From: Tubulanus polymorphus
Lineage: Eukaryota; Animalia; Nemertea
Assembly: GCF_964204645.1 (NCBI RefSeq)
Contig: NC_134031.1
Location: forward strand, 11,224,088-11,288,087
Direction of reading: 5' to 3'
Length of the DNA: 64,000 nucleotides
Of the stretch, positions 63,553 to 64,000 are shown one piece after another. The notes below the pieces were generated by a model. The model had not been told where the DNA came from and ran no database searches. It was given only the letters and a program-made list of their open reading frames with translations. The stretch's first letter is position 1; the number at the start of each line of letters is the position of its first letter. The position numbers and the translations under genes are program-made.

Positions 63553-64000
63553 ACCGTTGACTGGCTGCCACCTGTAGAAGAAGTCAGAATCAAGTGAGGT
63601 GAAAGAGACCAGGCACCTAATGTCTATTTCTATTAGGCAAACTTCGGTTATCGAAGTTCATCGACTTTTTGAGAACTTCAGAAACGAATATTATCAGATA
63701 AATATTAAGCACGTTCGCGGTGTCGGACCGTAGTTGTAGATGGTTGCAAACATGAAATCCTACGACCAAACAAGTACCGGTTCAAATTCCTTTGAAATTA
63801 TTACAATTTTACGGCCGTCCAGTACCGGTACCAATGAGATCCAAATAATCAGCATAGGAACATATATGTTATAGCAGTCACAAAGTAAACATTAAAAAAA
63901 ACGAAACCATTTTATAATCTTTCATATCATTTAATTCTAAAAGATAAACCACATTATTTCGCTTATAACAACAATGTAGACACACAACACGCATGAACAA

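Overview
Eukaryotic, repeat-rich DNA, probably from an invertebrate animal (inferred from the repeat types). No host gene is recognisable. 1-43.7 kb is a nested transposon/satellite landscape: a 4-kb MULE-like element with a 9-bp TSD, Helentron-associated (HINE/DINE-1-like) elements with ~155-bp internal repeats, a 31-bp palindromic minisatellite and CR1-type RT fragments. These parts are amplified as about 4 near-identical 7,453/7,454-bp tandem units. 47107-63552 is a complete but decaying 16.4-kb Polinton/Maverick (endogenous polintovirus/adintovirus-like element) with a 6-bp TSD (ACCGTT) and 384-bp TIRs. It encodes pPolB, minor and major capsid proteins, an A32-like packaging ATPase and an RVE integrase with a chromodomain; no adenain-like protease is recognisable. 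Most notable: (i) an HNH endonuclease cassette in the 3' end of polB carries a synonymously recoded replacement of the polB tail, the signature of an intron-less homing element; (ii) each TIR starts with a 190-bp hairpin carrying two element ends; (iii) almost all genes start at a poxvirus-like TAAATG, with two upstream motif classes that separate structural from non-structural genes.
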